A stretch of 64,000 bases of DNA from an uncultured Chloroflexia bacterium (lineage in GTDB: Bacteria; Chloroflexota; Limnocylindria; Limnocylindrales; CSP1-4): NCBI GenBank assembly GCA_963844945.1, contig CAWJQZ010000019.1, positions 48,775-112,774 of the forward strand, in the 5' to 3' direction. The notes beneath the pieces are model-generated. The model saw only the letters and a list, made by a program, of their open reading frames with translations, was not told the origin of the DNA and did no database searches. The position numbers and the translations under genes were made by a program. Positions 22,859 through 31,033 of this stretch are shown here, piece after piece; position 1 is the first letter of the stretch; every line of letters starts with the position of its first letter.

Positions 22859-23728
22859 TTGGCAGCAGGCTGGACGGCAGCGCGGACGCGATGGTGCGCC
22901 GCGGCCGACTGGGCAGCCTCCATGCTCACCCTGGGCACCATGGTCCTCGCGTCGATCGTCATCGTGCTCGGCCCTGCGCCGGACCTCGAGGCGGCACGCT
23001 CCTTCGCGGTCGTCGTGCTGATCCTGGTCGGGGCCGCATGGCTCCTCCTCTCGCTGGTCTCTGCCCAGCGACGCCCGGCGGACGGCCGACTGCGGTCCCC
23101 GACGACGACCGGCACTGGCGGCCGAGCCTCGTCTGGCGCACGTTCGGGAGGCGAGCGGGAGGCATCGACGCGCGGCCCACACCCCGGCCGCCGGGACCGC
23201 GCCGAGCCACTGGCGAGACCGACCCGCACGACGGCGTCCCAGGAGGGTCTCGTGGAGTTGCTGACGTGGAGGCTCAGGGTATCGACACTGTGGATCTTCC
23301 TCGCTGTCGGCACGCTGGCCGCCTTCTTCGCTGTCGTTATGCCGGCGGACGTCCTGAGTGAGTACCTCGCGACCGGGCAACTCGAGGGCGAGGCGATGGA
23401 CGCCACGATGCTGGCCCTGATGGTCGGGCTGTTCGTCCTCCTGCCTCTGGCGATGGCCTTCCTCACGCTGGCGCTGAGGGATCCGGTCGACCGCTTGGCG
23501 AACGGCATCGTGGGTGCTCTCGCCGCTGTGATGTGGACGTGGGATCTGGCTGAGTCCGTGAGCAAGGAGCCCGCGATCAGCGGTGGGCCTGTCCTCACGG
23601 CGACCTTGATCCTTGCCGGGCTGCTGATCGTCTGGCACGCTTGGAAGTGGCCCAAGACGGCGGAGCAGGGCCTGCCCGGCCGGCGACCGGTGACCGGTCC
23701 CGACCTGGGAGCCGCCAAACCCGTGTAG
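22859..23728 (+). CDS. membrane protein ORF; probably two genes (short 2-TM ORF 22859-~23070 and a 4-TM protein from GTG 23252) separated by a duplicated leader element
   Basis: Continuous frame, but the middle R/G/S/T-rich stretch coincides with a 150-bp repeat that recurs upstream of the next gene. AGGAGG lies 5 nt upstream of GTG 23252. The downstream part (VELLTWRLRVSTLWIFLAVGTLAAFFAVV...) has 4 TM helices. Confidence 0.5.
   Translation: MAAGWTAARTRWCAAADWAASMLTLGTMVLASIVIVLGPAPDLEAARSFAVVVLILVGAAWLLLSLVSAQRRPADGRLRSPTTTGTGGRASSGARSGGEREASTRGPHPGRRDRAEPLARPTRTTASQEGLVELLTWRLRVSTLWIFLAVGTLAAFFAVVMPADVLSEYLATGQLEGEAMDATMLALMVGLFVLLPLAMAFLTLALRDPVDRLANGIVGALAAVMWTWDLAESVSKEPAISGGPVLTATLILAGLLIVWHAWKWPKTAEQGLPGRRPVTGPDLGAAKPV
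23075..23227 (+). promoter_or_regulatory. copy 1 of a duplicated ~150-nt structured leader ending 18 nt before the AGGAGG-GTG start at 23252
   Basis: CCGGCGGACGGCCGACTGCGGTCCCCGACGACG...GAGCGGGAGGCATCGACGCGCGGCCCACACCCCGGCCGCCGGGACCGCGCCGAGCCACTGGCGAGACCGACCCGC. About 85% identical to copy 2 outside a variable ~30-nt middle. Confidence 0.45.
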
Positions 23729-23851
23729 GCGGCAGGTCTCCAGCTGGAAGACGACAAGCAGGACGGCTCCGGCCTGCCCCGAGACGGGCGACCGGGGCCG
23801 TTTCGTGCGGGGCAGCGGGCCAGCGCGGCTCGGCGAGGCGTCCGGCGGACG

Positions 23852-23993
23852 GCTGACTGCCGTCCCCGACGACGCACGGCACTGGCGACGCGTGGCCCGA
23901 CGGCCGAGCATGACGGGCGAGCGGGAGGCTCTGACGCGCGGCCCACGTTCCGGCCGCCGGGACCGCGCCGAGCCACTGGCGAGACCGACCCGC
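23852..23993 (+). promoter_or_regulatory. copy 2 of the duplicated leader, ending 8 nt before the GGAGGG RBS of methyltransferase 24016
   Basis: Contains perfect hairpin GGACGGC-TGACT-GCCGTCC and the conserved 3-prime block GAGCGGGAGGCTCTGACGCGCGGCCCACGTTCCGGCCGCCGGGACCGCGCCGAGCCACTGGCGAGACCGACCCGC. Confidence 0.45.
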
Positions 23994-24015
23994 TCGCGCA
24001 CGGAGGGCCGCGCGA

Positions 24016-24698
24016 TGGGACTGCGCAGATCGTTCTGGCTGCCGTTCTTCGGGGTGCCGCGCGGTCCGCTCGGGTGGGTCGGCGCTCGGCTGCTGCCGAA
24101 GGTCGCCCGGCCCCTCTATGCGATGGTGGCCGGGCAGCTGGACCTCCGGCCCGACGATTCGTTGCTTGAGGTTGGCTGCGGCTCCGCGGGGTTGCTCGTC
24201 GAGCACGCCTCCCACGTCCGCCACGTCGCCGGCCTGGACGCATCGGAGATCCAGGTGGACATGGCCAGGAAGCGGCTGGCCGACCGCATCTCCGCTGGAA
24301 CGGCCGAGATCGTCCTTGGCAATGCGATGGCGCTGCCGTGGGAGGACGGCCACTTCAGCGTCGTCGCCTCGGTCAACTGCCTGAAGTTCGTCCCCGATCC
24401 CCCGAAAGCCCTGAGCGAGATGCATCGGGTCCTCGGTCCCGACGGACGGCTGGTGCTCACGATCGACAAGCAGGCCGACAAGTGGGGCCGGTCGGGCAAG
24501 ATCGACGCGTTCGGCCAGTGGCAGTGGAGCGTGGATGACATGCGGCGGATGGTGGAGGAGGCCGGCTTCGCCGACGTCTCCGTGGCCGATATGCCGACCA
24601 AGCTGGGCCTTCAGTTCGTCCGTGGCGCGAAGCGCGCGGCGATCCCCGCCGCGGAGGTCGCCGAGACGCCAGAGCTCGTCGGGGCGGCGCCACGGTGA
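24016..24698 (+). CDS. class I SAM-dependent methyltransferase (UbiE/COQ5-like)
   Basis: Intact. LEVGCGSAGLLVEHASHVRHVAGLDASEIQVDMARKRL...MALPWEDGHFSVVASVNCLKFVPDPPKALSEMHRVLGPDGRLVL. GGAGGG RBS 8 nt upstream of ATG 24016. Confidence 0.8.
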
Positions 24699-25201
24699 GC
24701 ACGCACCTGACCGGGGACCGCCGCGCCGGCACGCCGCGGCCGCCCTCCCACCGGATGATCCGTGCCTTCGGAGTCGTCCACCTCGCCGGCCATCGGCTCA
24801 CGGGCGGGAGGCTCGGGCTTTCGCGTCCGACTCCCGCCCGCTGGGGTCACATGTGCCTCACCACGACCGGGCGCAGAACAGGCAAGAAGCGGCACGCGAT
24901 GCTCGGCTACTTCGATGACGGCCGGAACCTGGTCGCGCTGGCCGTGAACGCATGGGCGGATGCCGAGCCCGCCTGGTGGCTCAACCTCCAGGCGCATCCC
25001 GACGCTATCGTCGAGCTCAAGGACGGATCTCGGCAGGTCAGGGCGCGCGCGGCGCAGGGCGAGGAGCGGGCGCGCCTCTGGGCGCGCTGGCGCGAGCTGG
25101 GAGAGCGGTCGGGCGTGGCCGAGATCGCCGACATGGATGCCTACACCGCCCAGTTGTCGCGCGAACCGGCGGTCGTGGTGCTGGAGCCGCAGCCCGGCTG
25201 A
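24695..25201 (+). CDS. deazaflavin(F420)-dependent nitroreductase-family protein (Ddn/DUF385-like)
   Basis: Intact. LTTTGRRTGKKRHAMLGYFDDGRNLVALAVNAWADAEPAWWLNLQAHPDAIVELKDG matches the PNPOx-like F420H2-dependent reductase fold. Confidence 0.7.
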   Translation: MSTHLTGDRRAGTPRPPSHRMIRAFGVVHLAGHRLTGGRLGLSRPTPARWGHMCLTTTGRRTGKKRHAMLGYFDDGRNLVALAVNAWADAEPAWWLNLQAHPDAIVELKDGSRQVRARAAQGEERARLWARWRELGERSGVAEIADMDAYTAQLSREPAVVVLEPQPG

Positions 25202-25249
25202 GGACCCTGGCGCGATCGCAGCGCGACCGCGCCAGGAGGAGGCGACGAG

Positions 25250-26071
25250 ATGAAGCCGTCGACGGATCCGGTCGGCATGTACGTGGAGGAGTCGGGGGCT
25301 CCGGGCTCTCCAGCCATCGTGTTCCTTCACGGCGCAGGCCAGAGCTGCCGGGAGTGGCGCGGGCATATGGCGGGCCTCCCAGCCTTCCACTGTCTGGCTC
25401 CGGACCTGCCCGGCCACGGTCGGAGCAACCATCTGCCGCTGCCTTCGCAGGAGCGCCTGGTCGATGACATCGCCGTGCTCATCGAGAGGCGGGTGCCCGC
25501 GGGACGCGCACACGTCGTGGGCATCTCGTGGGGTGCCAATCTCGCCCAGGTCCTCATCCGGCGGCACCCCGACCGCGTCGACCGCGTGGTCTCGGACGGC
25601 ACACTGATCGCCTGGCCGGGCGGCCTGGTGAGGACTCTGCTGCTCGGGTTCTACGCACTGATGGTGCCGTTCCTGCACACCCGGCCGGTGCGGGCGCTGT
25701 ATCGGGACATCGTGGACGCAGCGGACCTTCGCCTCGCGTCTCGCACGGCGTACTGGCGCGCCGTGCGGCAGTGCATGGAAGGCTTCGACGCCGTGACCGA
25801 GGCCCCATGCCCGACCCTGCTCGTCGCCGGGGAGAGGGAGGGCTACGTGCGGCCGCCCGACGCCGCGCTGGCCGCGGTCATGCCCCATGCCGAGGCCTGG
25901 TACGCACCCGGCCTGGATCACTGCTGGCAACGCAGGGCGCCGGACCTCCACATCCGGATGGTCGAGGCCTGGTGCACCGGCCAGGTGCTGCCACCCGGAC
26001 TCCGGCCCGAGCTGACGCCGAAGACCGAAGCGGTGGAGCGGATGCGACGGAACATCCCGGCAGGCGCCTGA
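25250..26071 (+). CDS. alpha/beta hydrolase
   Basis: Intact. IVFLHGAGQS...VVGISWGANLAQ (GxSxG nucleophile elbow). Confidence 0.75.
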   Translation: MKPSTDPVGMYVEESGAPGSPAIVFLHGAGQSCREWRGHMAGLPAFHCLAPDLPGHGRSNHLPLPSQERLVDDIAVLIERRVPAGRAHVVGISWGANLAQVLIRRHPDRVDRVVSDGTLIAWPGGLVRTLLLGFYALMVPFLHTRPVRALYRDIVDAADLRLASRTAYWRAVRQCMEGFDAVTEAPCPTLLVAGEREGYVRPPDAALAAVMPHAEAWYAPGLDHCWQRRAPDLHIRMVEAWCTGQVLPPGLRPELTPKTEAVERMRRNIPAGA

Positions 26072-26086
26072 CAGGAGGTCCGACCC

Positions 26087-26827
26087 ATGCGACTCGCCCC
26101 ATCGCTGCATCGGCTCGGCGAGGAGATCGTCAGCTGCTACCTCCTCGAGGAAGCCGGAGCGGTCACGATCATCGACGCGGGCGTGCCCGCCTACTACTCC
26201 GACCTGACGACCGAGCTCGCGGCCATGGGCCGGACGATCGAGGACGTCCAGGCGCTCGTGCTGACCCATGGCCACGACGACCATCGCGGGTTCGCCGAGC
26301 GGCTGCGAGTGGAGCACGACGTGCCCGTGAGCATCCACGTGCTCGACCGGGCGCTGGCACAGGGCGAGGTCGGGAACCCGAGCGCCGGCATGGGCGAGCG
26401 CAAGCTCGGTTCCCTGCTGCGCTACATGCTGTGGCTCATCCGTCACGGCGCGATGCGAACCAAGGCTCTGACGGCGGTCGGCACCTTCGACCCAGGCACG
26501 ACGCTCGACGTGCCGGGCGCGCTGCATGTCATCCACACACCAGGACACACGCCCGGCAGCGTCACGTTGTACGCGCCGGGACACGACGCCGTCTTCGTCG
26601 GCGATGCGTTGGCGACGGACGCCGTGATCAGCGAGCGGCACGGTCCGCAGATCTGTCCCTTCGCTGCCGACCCCGACGTGGCCCTTGCATCCCTGGCGAA
26701 CATCGAGCGGCTCGAGGCGCACTGGCTGCTGCCTGGACACGGCAGCCCCTGGACCGACGGCGTCGCGGCCGCCGTGGCCGCAGCGCGTGAGGTCGGGGTC
26801 GGACACTTGGCCCGCGCGAAACGCTGA
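26087..26827 (+). CDS. MBL-fold metallo-hydrolase
   Basis: Intact. LVLTHGHDDHRG (HxHxDH) and HTPGHTPGSV. Confidence 0.8.
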   Translation: MRLAPSLHRLGEEIVSCYLLEEAGAVTIIDAGVPAYYSDLTTELAAMGRTIEDVQALVLTHGHDDHRGFAERLRVEHDVPVSIHVLDRALAQGEVGNPSAGMGERKLGSLLRYMLWLIRHGAMRTKALTAVGTFDPGTTLDVPGALHVIHTPGHTPGSVTLYAPGHDAVFVGDALATDAVISERHGPQICPFAADPDVALASLANIERLEAHWLLPGHGSPWTDGVAAAVAAAREVGVGHLARAKR

Positions 26828-27207
26828 TCGGGCAGGGGACCTCACCCCGCCCACGCGCATCGCAAGCGCATGGCCCAAGCGGCCGAATAGGAGTAGCGGC
26901 CCGCCGGCGCGACCCTTGGGGGCCTTACGGCACGCCGGTCTGATCCACACCGGCTACCGGGTCTCCCTGCCTGTTGCGACGCCGGGTACGCCCGCGCCGT
27001 CACCGCCCCGTGAGCGGCGACGAGCCTGGCGCGGCCGGGATCACGCAGCGCGACCTCCTGATCGAGATGCGCGAGGACATCCAAGCGCCGCGCTCCGTCG
27101 CGGAATCCGCGGCCCGCGACCACCGCACATCGAGAAGCTGTCGGCGATGAAGGGAGCTCGCGACTCCTACCGGTCTGTCCGACGGCCGGCCATTGAGGGT
27201 CCGCTCC

Positions 27208-27358
27208 AGACACCAAAACTGGACGCCCTCCGCTCGCGTCCCCACGCTCGCCGTCACAGTGCTTCGGCGCCCCGGCCTTCCAAGCTGAATGTCGCGGGTT
27301 CGAGACCCGTCTCCCGCTCCAGTTCCCCGTTTCGTGCTCAGCACGACACGATAACTGG
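27208..27358 (+). repeat. att-like repeat A: degenerate P-arm, tRNA-Gly 3-prime half (27275-27321) and downstream flank with arm motif
   Basis: GCCTTCCAAGCTGAATGTCGCGGGTTCGAGACCCGTCTCCCGCTCCA is identical to tRNA-Gly positions 30-76, followed by GTTCCCCGTTTCGTGCTCAGCACGACACGATAACTGG. Confidence 0.85.
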
Positions 27359-27529
27359 GTGGCCCGCCTTCTGCGCGACGGGTCGAGGATGCCGAACCGA
27401 GTGCTGAAGCGCTCGGCCACACTCTGCCGGCATACCATCCTCCGAGATAGGCGGCGGCTCGCGACGTACGCTGTCCGTGTCGCGGACCGCGCTCCTTGCG
27501 CTGCGCCGCCATGGCTGCCGGAGAGTCCG

Positions 27530-28417
27530 ATGACTGACGTCCTGCCCTCGTGGAACGAGGGGACCGCCAAAGCGGCGATCGTCGGGTTCGTCACGGCGGC
27601 GACCACGGTCGGCGATTGTGCCTACATCGCGCCCGCCGACCGGATCGCCACGTTCGACAACGACGGCACGCTCTGGGTGGAGCAGCCCATGCCGCCCCAG
27701 TTCGACTTCCTGCTCCGGACGTGGACCACCGAGGCACAGGCGGACCCGTCCCTCGCGAGCCGGCAGCCGTACAAGGCCATCCTCGAGAAGGACCTCGCGT
27801 TCTTCGAGGGCCTCGTGACGCAGGACCCGACGGTCGTGGCGTCCCTGGAGGGCGCTGCCGGCCGGTCCTGGGCCGGCTCGACGCCGGACGTGTTCGATGC
27901 CCAGGTGCGCGACTGGATCGACACCGTCACGCAGCCGCGGTTCGGCGTCGGCTACACGCATCTCGTCTACCGGCCGATGCTCGAGCTGTTCGACTACCTC
28001 AAGGCGCACGACTTCCGGGTCTTCGTGTGCTCCGGCGGCGGCCGCGACTTCATGCGCGTGTTCGCCGAGGAGGCCTGGGGCATCTATCGCGAGGACGTCA
28101 TCGGCAGCGCGCCGGAGTACACCTACGCGGACGGGAGGATCGTCCGTACCGACCGGCTGCTCGGGGGCCTCGCCCTGGGTCCGGGCAAGCCCGAGCACAT
28201 CTTCGCCCGGACGGGCCGGCTGCCGGCCTTCGCGGGCGGGAACGCGGACGTCGACATCGAGATGCTCGAGACCGCGAGGTTCGCCTTGCTCGTGGACCAC
28301 GACGACCCGGAGCGCGAGTACGCCTACACGAAGGCCGCCGAGCGGTCGCTCGGAGCGGCCGCGAATCGCGGCTGGACCGTCGTGAGCATGAAGGACGACT
28401 GGGCGACGATCTTCTGA
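27530..28417 (+). CDS. HAD-superfamily hydrolase (phosphatase-like)
   Basis: Intact. ATFDNDGTLWVEQP (DxDGT motif I), VCSGGGRDFMR, FAGGNADVDIEML. Confidence 0.7.
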   Translation: MTDVLPSWNEGTAKAAIVGFVTAATTVGDCAYIAPADRIATFDNDGTLWVEQPMPPQFDFLLRTWTTEAQADPSLASRQPYKAILEKDLAFFEGLVTQDPTVVASLEGAAGRSWAGSTPDVFDAQVRDWIDTVTQPRFGVGYTHLVYRPMLELFDYLKAHDFRVFVCSGGGRDFMRVFAEEAWGIYREDVIGSAPEYTYADGRIVRTDRLLGGLALGPGKPEHIFARTGRLPAFAGGNADVDIEMLETARFALLVDHDDPEREYAYTKAAERSLGAAANRGWTVVSMKDDWATIF

Positions 28418-28429
28418 GGAGCGAGTCAC

Positions 28430-29074
28430 GTGGTCGACCTCACCGCCATCGACATCCTCGTCAACCCCGACAGGGAGACGCTCGAACGCGCACGCGAGCT
28501 CAACGCCCGCATGCGGCGGAGCGTGCCCACCGGCTTCGCGCTCGATGCGACGCACCAGCCCCACATCACGACCGTGCAGCGATACGTGCGGACGGCGGAC
28601 CTCACGACGGTCTACGACGCTGTCGAGATGACGATCGCCGCCACCGATGCGGCCTCGCTCGCGTATCGCGCCGTCGCGATCCGGCACGCGGACTGGGGTG
28701 TGCCCGGCGAGGGCCTCGCGGTCATCGTCATCGAGCCCAGCCCGCAGGTGCTCGACCTCCAGGCGCGCCTCCTCGCGGCCGTCACGCCCTTCGTCGGGTC
28801 CCGAGGCACCGCTGCGGCCTTCGTGACCGATCCGGGCGAGGAGATCAGCCAGAGCACCCGCGACTGGGTTGATGGGTACGTGCCCGACCAGATCGGCCCC
28901 GGGAAGTACATCGCCCACATCACGGTCGGGTTCGCCACGCTCGACGACCTGAAGGTCATCGAGGCCGAGCCGTTCGGCCCGTTCGACGTCCACCCGGCCA
29001 GCGTCGCCGTGTACCACCTGGGGAACAGCGGCGCCGCACGCACCCTGCTCAGGGAATGGAGCCTGCTGGCGTAG
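28430..29074 (+). CDS. 2H phosphoesterase superfamily protein (LigT/2'-5' RNA ligase-like cyclic phosphodiesterase)
   Basis: Intact. Two H-x-T-x motifs, QPHITTVQ and IAHITVGF, about 130 aa apart. Confidence 0.65.
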   Translation: MVDLTAIDILVNPDRETLERARELNARMRRSVPTGFALDATHQPHITTVQRYVRTADLTTVYDAVEMTIAATDAASLAYRAVAIRHADWGVPGEGLAVIVIEPSPQVLDLQARLLAAVTPFVGSRGTAAAFVTDPGEEISQSTRDWVDGYVPDQIGPGKYIAHITVGFATLDDLKVIEAEPFGPFDVHPASVAVYHLGNSGAARTLLREWSLLA

Positions 29075-29121
29075 CGCGGACGTCCCGCGGAGTGTCGCGG
29101 GCGATGCGCGAACCGGCCCGT

Positions 29122-29276
29122 GACGACACGATAACTGGACACGTTTCGCTCGGGCCCCTGAGCACGATGCTGTTACGCACAGCCGCCGAGGCCTGCCAAG
29201 CTGAATGTCGCGGGTTCGAGACCCGTCTCCCGCTCCACTTCCTCGGTTCGTGCTCAGCACGACACGATAACTGGAC
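29122..29276 (+). repeat. att-like repeat B (best preserved): arm motif, tRNA 3-prime half (29191-29237) and arm motif
   Basis: GACGACACGATAACTGGACACGTTTCGCTCGGGCCCCTGAGCACGATGCTGTTACGC...CCAAGCTGAATGTCGCGGGTTCGAGACCCGTCTCCCGCTCCA CTTCCTCGGTTCGTGCTCAGCACGACACGATAACTGGAC. Confidence 0.85.
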
Positions 29277-29436
29277 GGCCGACTATCTCGACGAGCGGGT
29301 GATGCGGCCGAAGCGCCTGCTGTAGCGCTGGCGAACGGGACAGATGCGTTCGCGACGAGCACCCGGATGGCCCAGTGCACGTCGCGTCCCGCTCCCCGGT
29401 GCCACGCCCCGGTGCCACGCCCGGTGCGACGCGGCG

Positions 29437-29855
29437 TCAGTAGGTGAAGCCCCGGTCGATCGTCTCTGGGGTCAGGATGAGGCCATGGGCGGAGTCCGCG
29501 ATGCTCACCTTCTCCCATCGTTCGTGCTTCGCCGCCCACGGCGAACTGGGGTCCGTGGGGCAGGACTCGGCAGGGGGTGCGGCGACGAGCGAGACCCGGG
29601 CGGCGACCGTGCCGTCGGTCCCGGCGACCGCCTGAGCGGCGGCCGTGGCTGTCCCCTCCGTCTTGCGGGAGGTGCTGGGCCCACAGCCGAGGTCGCCGCA
29701 CGGCTCGGGCGCGGTCCCGCAGATCCATTCGAGGATTTCGTACCTGCCCGCGGCATTGAGTGAGACGACTTCGCCGGGTGCTAGCCCGGTCACGGTGATC
29801 GAGAGTCGCAGGCGACCGTCCGTCTCACCGGAGTCTTCGACGGCGCCGGCCATGG
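29437..29855 (-). CDS. hypothetical protein
   Basis: 139-aa ORF MAGAVEDSGETDGRLRLSITVTGLAPGEVV... with strong GC3 codon bias. No recognised domain. Confidence 0.35.
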
Positions 29856-30680
29856 TGATCCCCGCCCGGCTGACGGAGGGCCAGCCCGCCAGACTCGGCG
29901 ATCGCGCCGGGTACGCCTTCACGCTGGTGAACGCGACGATGGCTGCCGTGGAGACGGGAGATTGGGATTGGCTGCAGGGTGAGATCGAGACAGCCGTGGA
30001 GACCGCGCCGGAGGACGTGGAGCGGGCGTTTCTGACGTGGAGTCGTCTCATGATCGGCTCCCTGCGTGGGGAGGATCTGGCCGGGGAAGGGCGCTGGCTC
30101 GAGGGGTTTCTCGGCGGCTCGGACGAGAAGTCGTGGCGCGACTGGATTCCCGAGGTGCGCTTCTGGGTCGCCTTCGGGGCGGGCCGGCTCTCCGAGGCCT
30201 ACGACGCAGCGACAGAAGTCGGGCACATCTACCCGGACGAAGCGAGCTGGTTCTCCCCCTACGCCGCCATCTGCGCGCTCTGGGAGCGCGACGGCGAGCG
30301 GGCGGCCGCCGCGCTCGCCGCCCTGGACGCGACCCGGGCACATGGACGCGTCGTCGACATGAACCGCCGGACGATCCGGGCCGGGCTCGCGGCGCTCGAG
30401 GGGCGTGCGGGAGATGCCATGTCGGCCTTCCGGGAGGCGCTCGCGGGCTGGCGCGACCTCGGCTCGCCCTGGCGCGAGGCGCTCACGGGGATCACCATGG
30501 CGACGCTGCTGGAGCCGGCCGATCCCGGAGGTTCGGTCGGCCGCGGGGACCGCCCGCGAGATCCTCGTCCGGCTCGAAGCCGCGTCGTTCATCGCCCGAC
30601 TCGACGCGGCCATGGCTCGTTCATCGGACCAGGCCGGTCAATTCGCCGCGCCAACGGCGGTCTCCGTCACGCCCCCGTGA
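29852..30680 (+). CDS. hypothetical helical (TPR/regulator-C-terminal-like) protein; frame disruption near 30540
   Basis: ERDGERAAAALAALDATRAHGRVVDMNRRTIRAGLAALEGRAGDAMSAFREALAGWRDLGSPWREAL resembles the TPR-like helical region of large ATPase/LuxR regulators. GC3 is lower than in the neighbours. Confidence 0.35.
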
Positions 30681-30830
30681 CGACACGACAACTGGACACG
30701 TTACGCTCGGGCCTCTGAGCACGGTGCTACAGCGCTCAGGCGTCCCGGCCTTCCAAGCTGAATGTCGCGGGTTCGAGACCCGTCTCCCGCTCCACTTCCC
30801 CGGTTTCGCGCTCAGCAGGACACGCAGCCT
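30678..30830 (+). repeat. att-like repeat C (tRNA fragment 30748-30794)
   Basis: GACGACACGACAACTGGACACGTTACGCTCGGGCCTCTGAGCACG...GGCCTTCCAAGCTGAATGTCGCGGGTTCGAGACCCGTCTCCCGCTCCACTTCCCCGGTTTCGCGCTCAGCAGGACACGCAGCC. Confidence 0.85.
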
Positions 30831-31033
30831 GATATCCGAGCGATGGCGGCAGGCTGCTTCGGCCGTCTGCCCGGGACCGCCTCGCCATGGCAGGTCCCTC
30901 CATTGCTGGCCAACGCGGCGGTCCGCCCCGGAACCCGGCGCAAGTCGGGTTGCCCCGCGACGAACCACCTTCCGGTAACGCCGCGCCTGGCCGAGCCGCC
31001 GGAGCCGTGCGAGTGGCTGCGGAGCGCATGACG

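Noticed and set aside
23852-23993. Assignment of the duplicated leader to the guanidine-I (ykkC) riboswitch class
   Set aside because: GGGAGG, GTTCCGG and GGGACCGCGCCGAG are loosely reminiscent of ykkC elements, but I could not reproduce the conserved ykkC core by eye. A covariance-model scan is needed before naming it.
22580-24243. Minus-strand ORFs of 473 and 465 aa overlapping the membrane protein and methyltransferase genes
   Set aside because: They are antisense to ORFs with clear TM helix periodicity, SAM-MTase motifs and upstream Shine-Dalgarno sequences. The products are Arg-rich and featureless.
24611-29728. Minus-strand ORFs of 779 and 796 aa spanning several plus-strand island genes and even crossing repeats A and B
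   Set aside because: An ORF crossing two att-like repeats and four well-supported plus-strand genes is not credible. It is a high-GC artefact.
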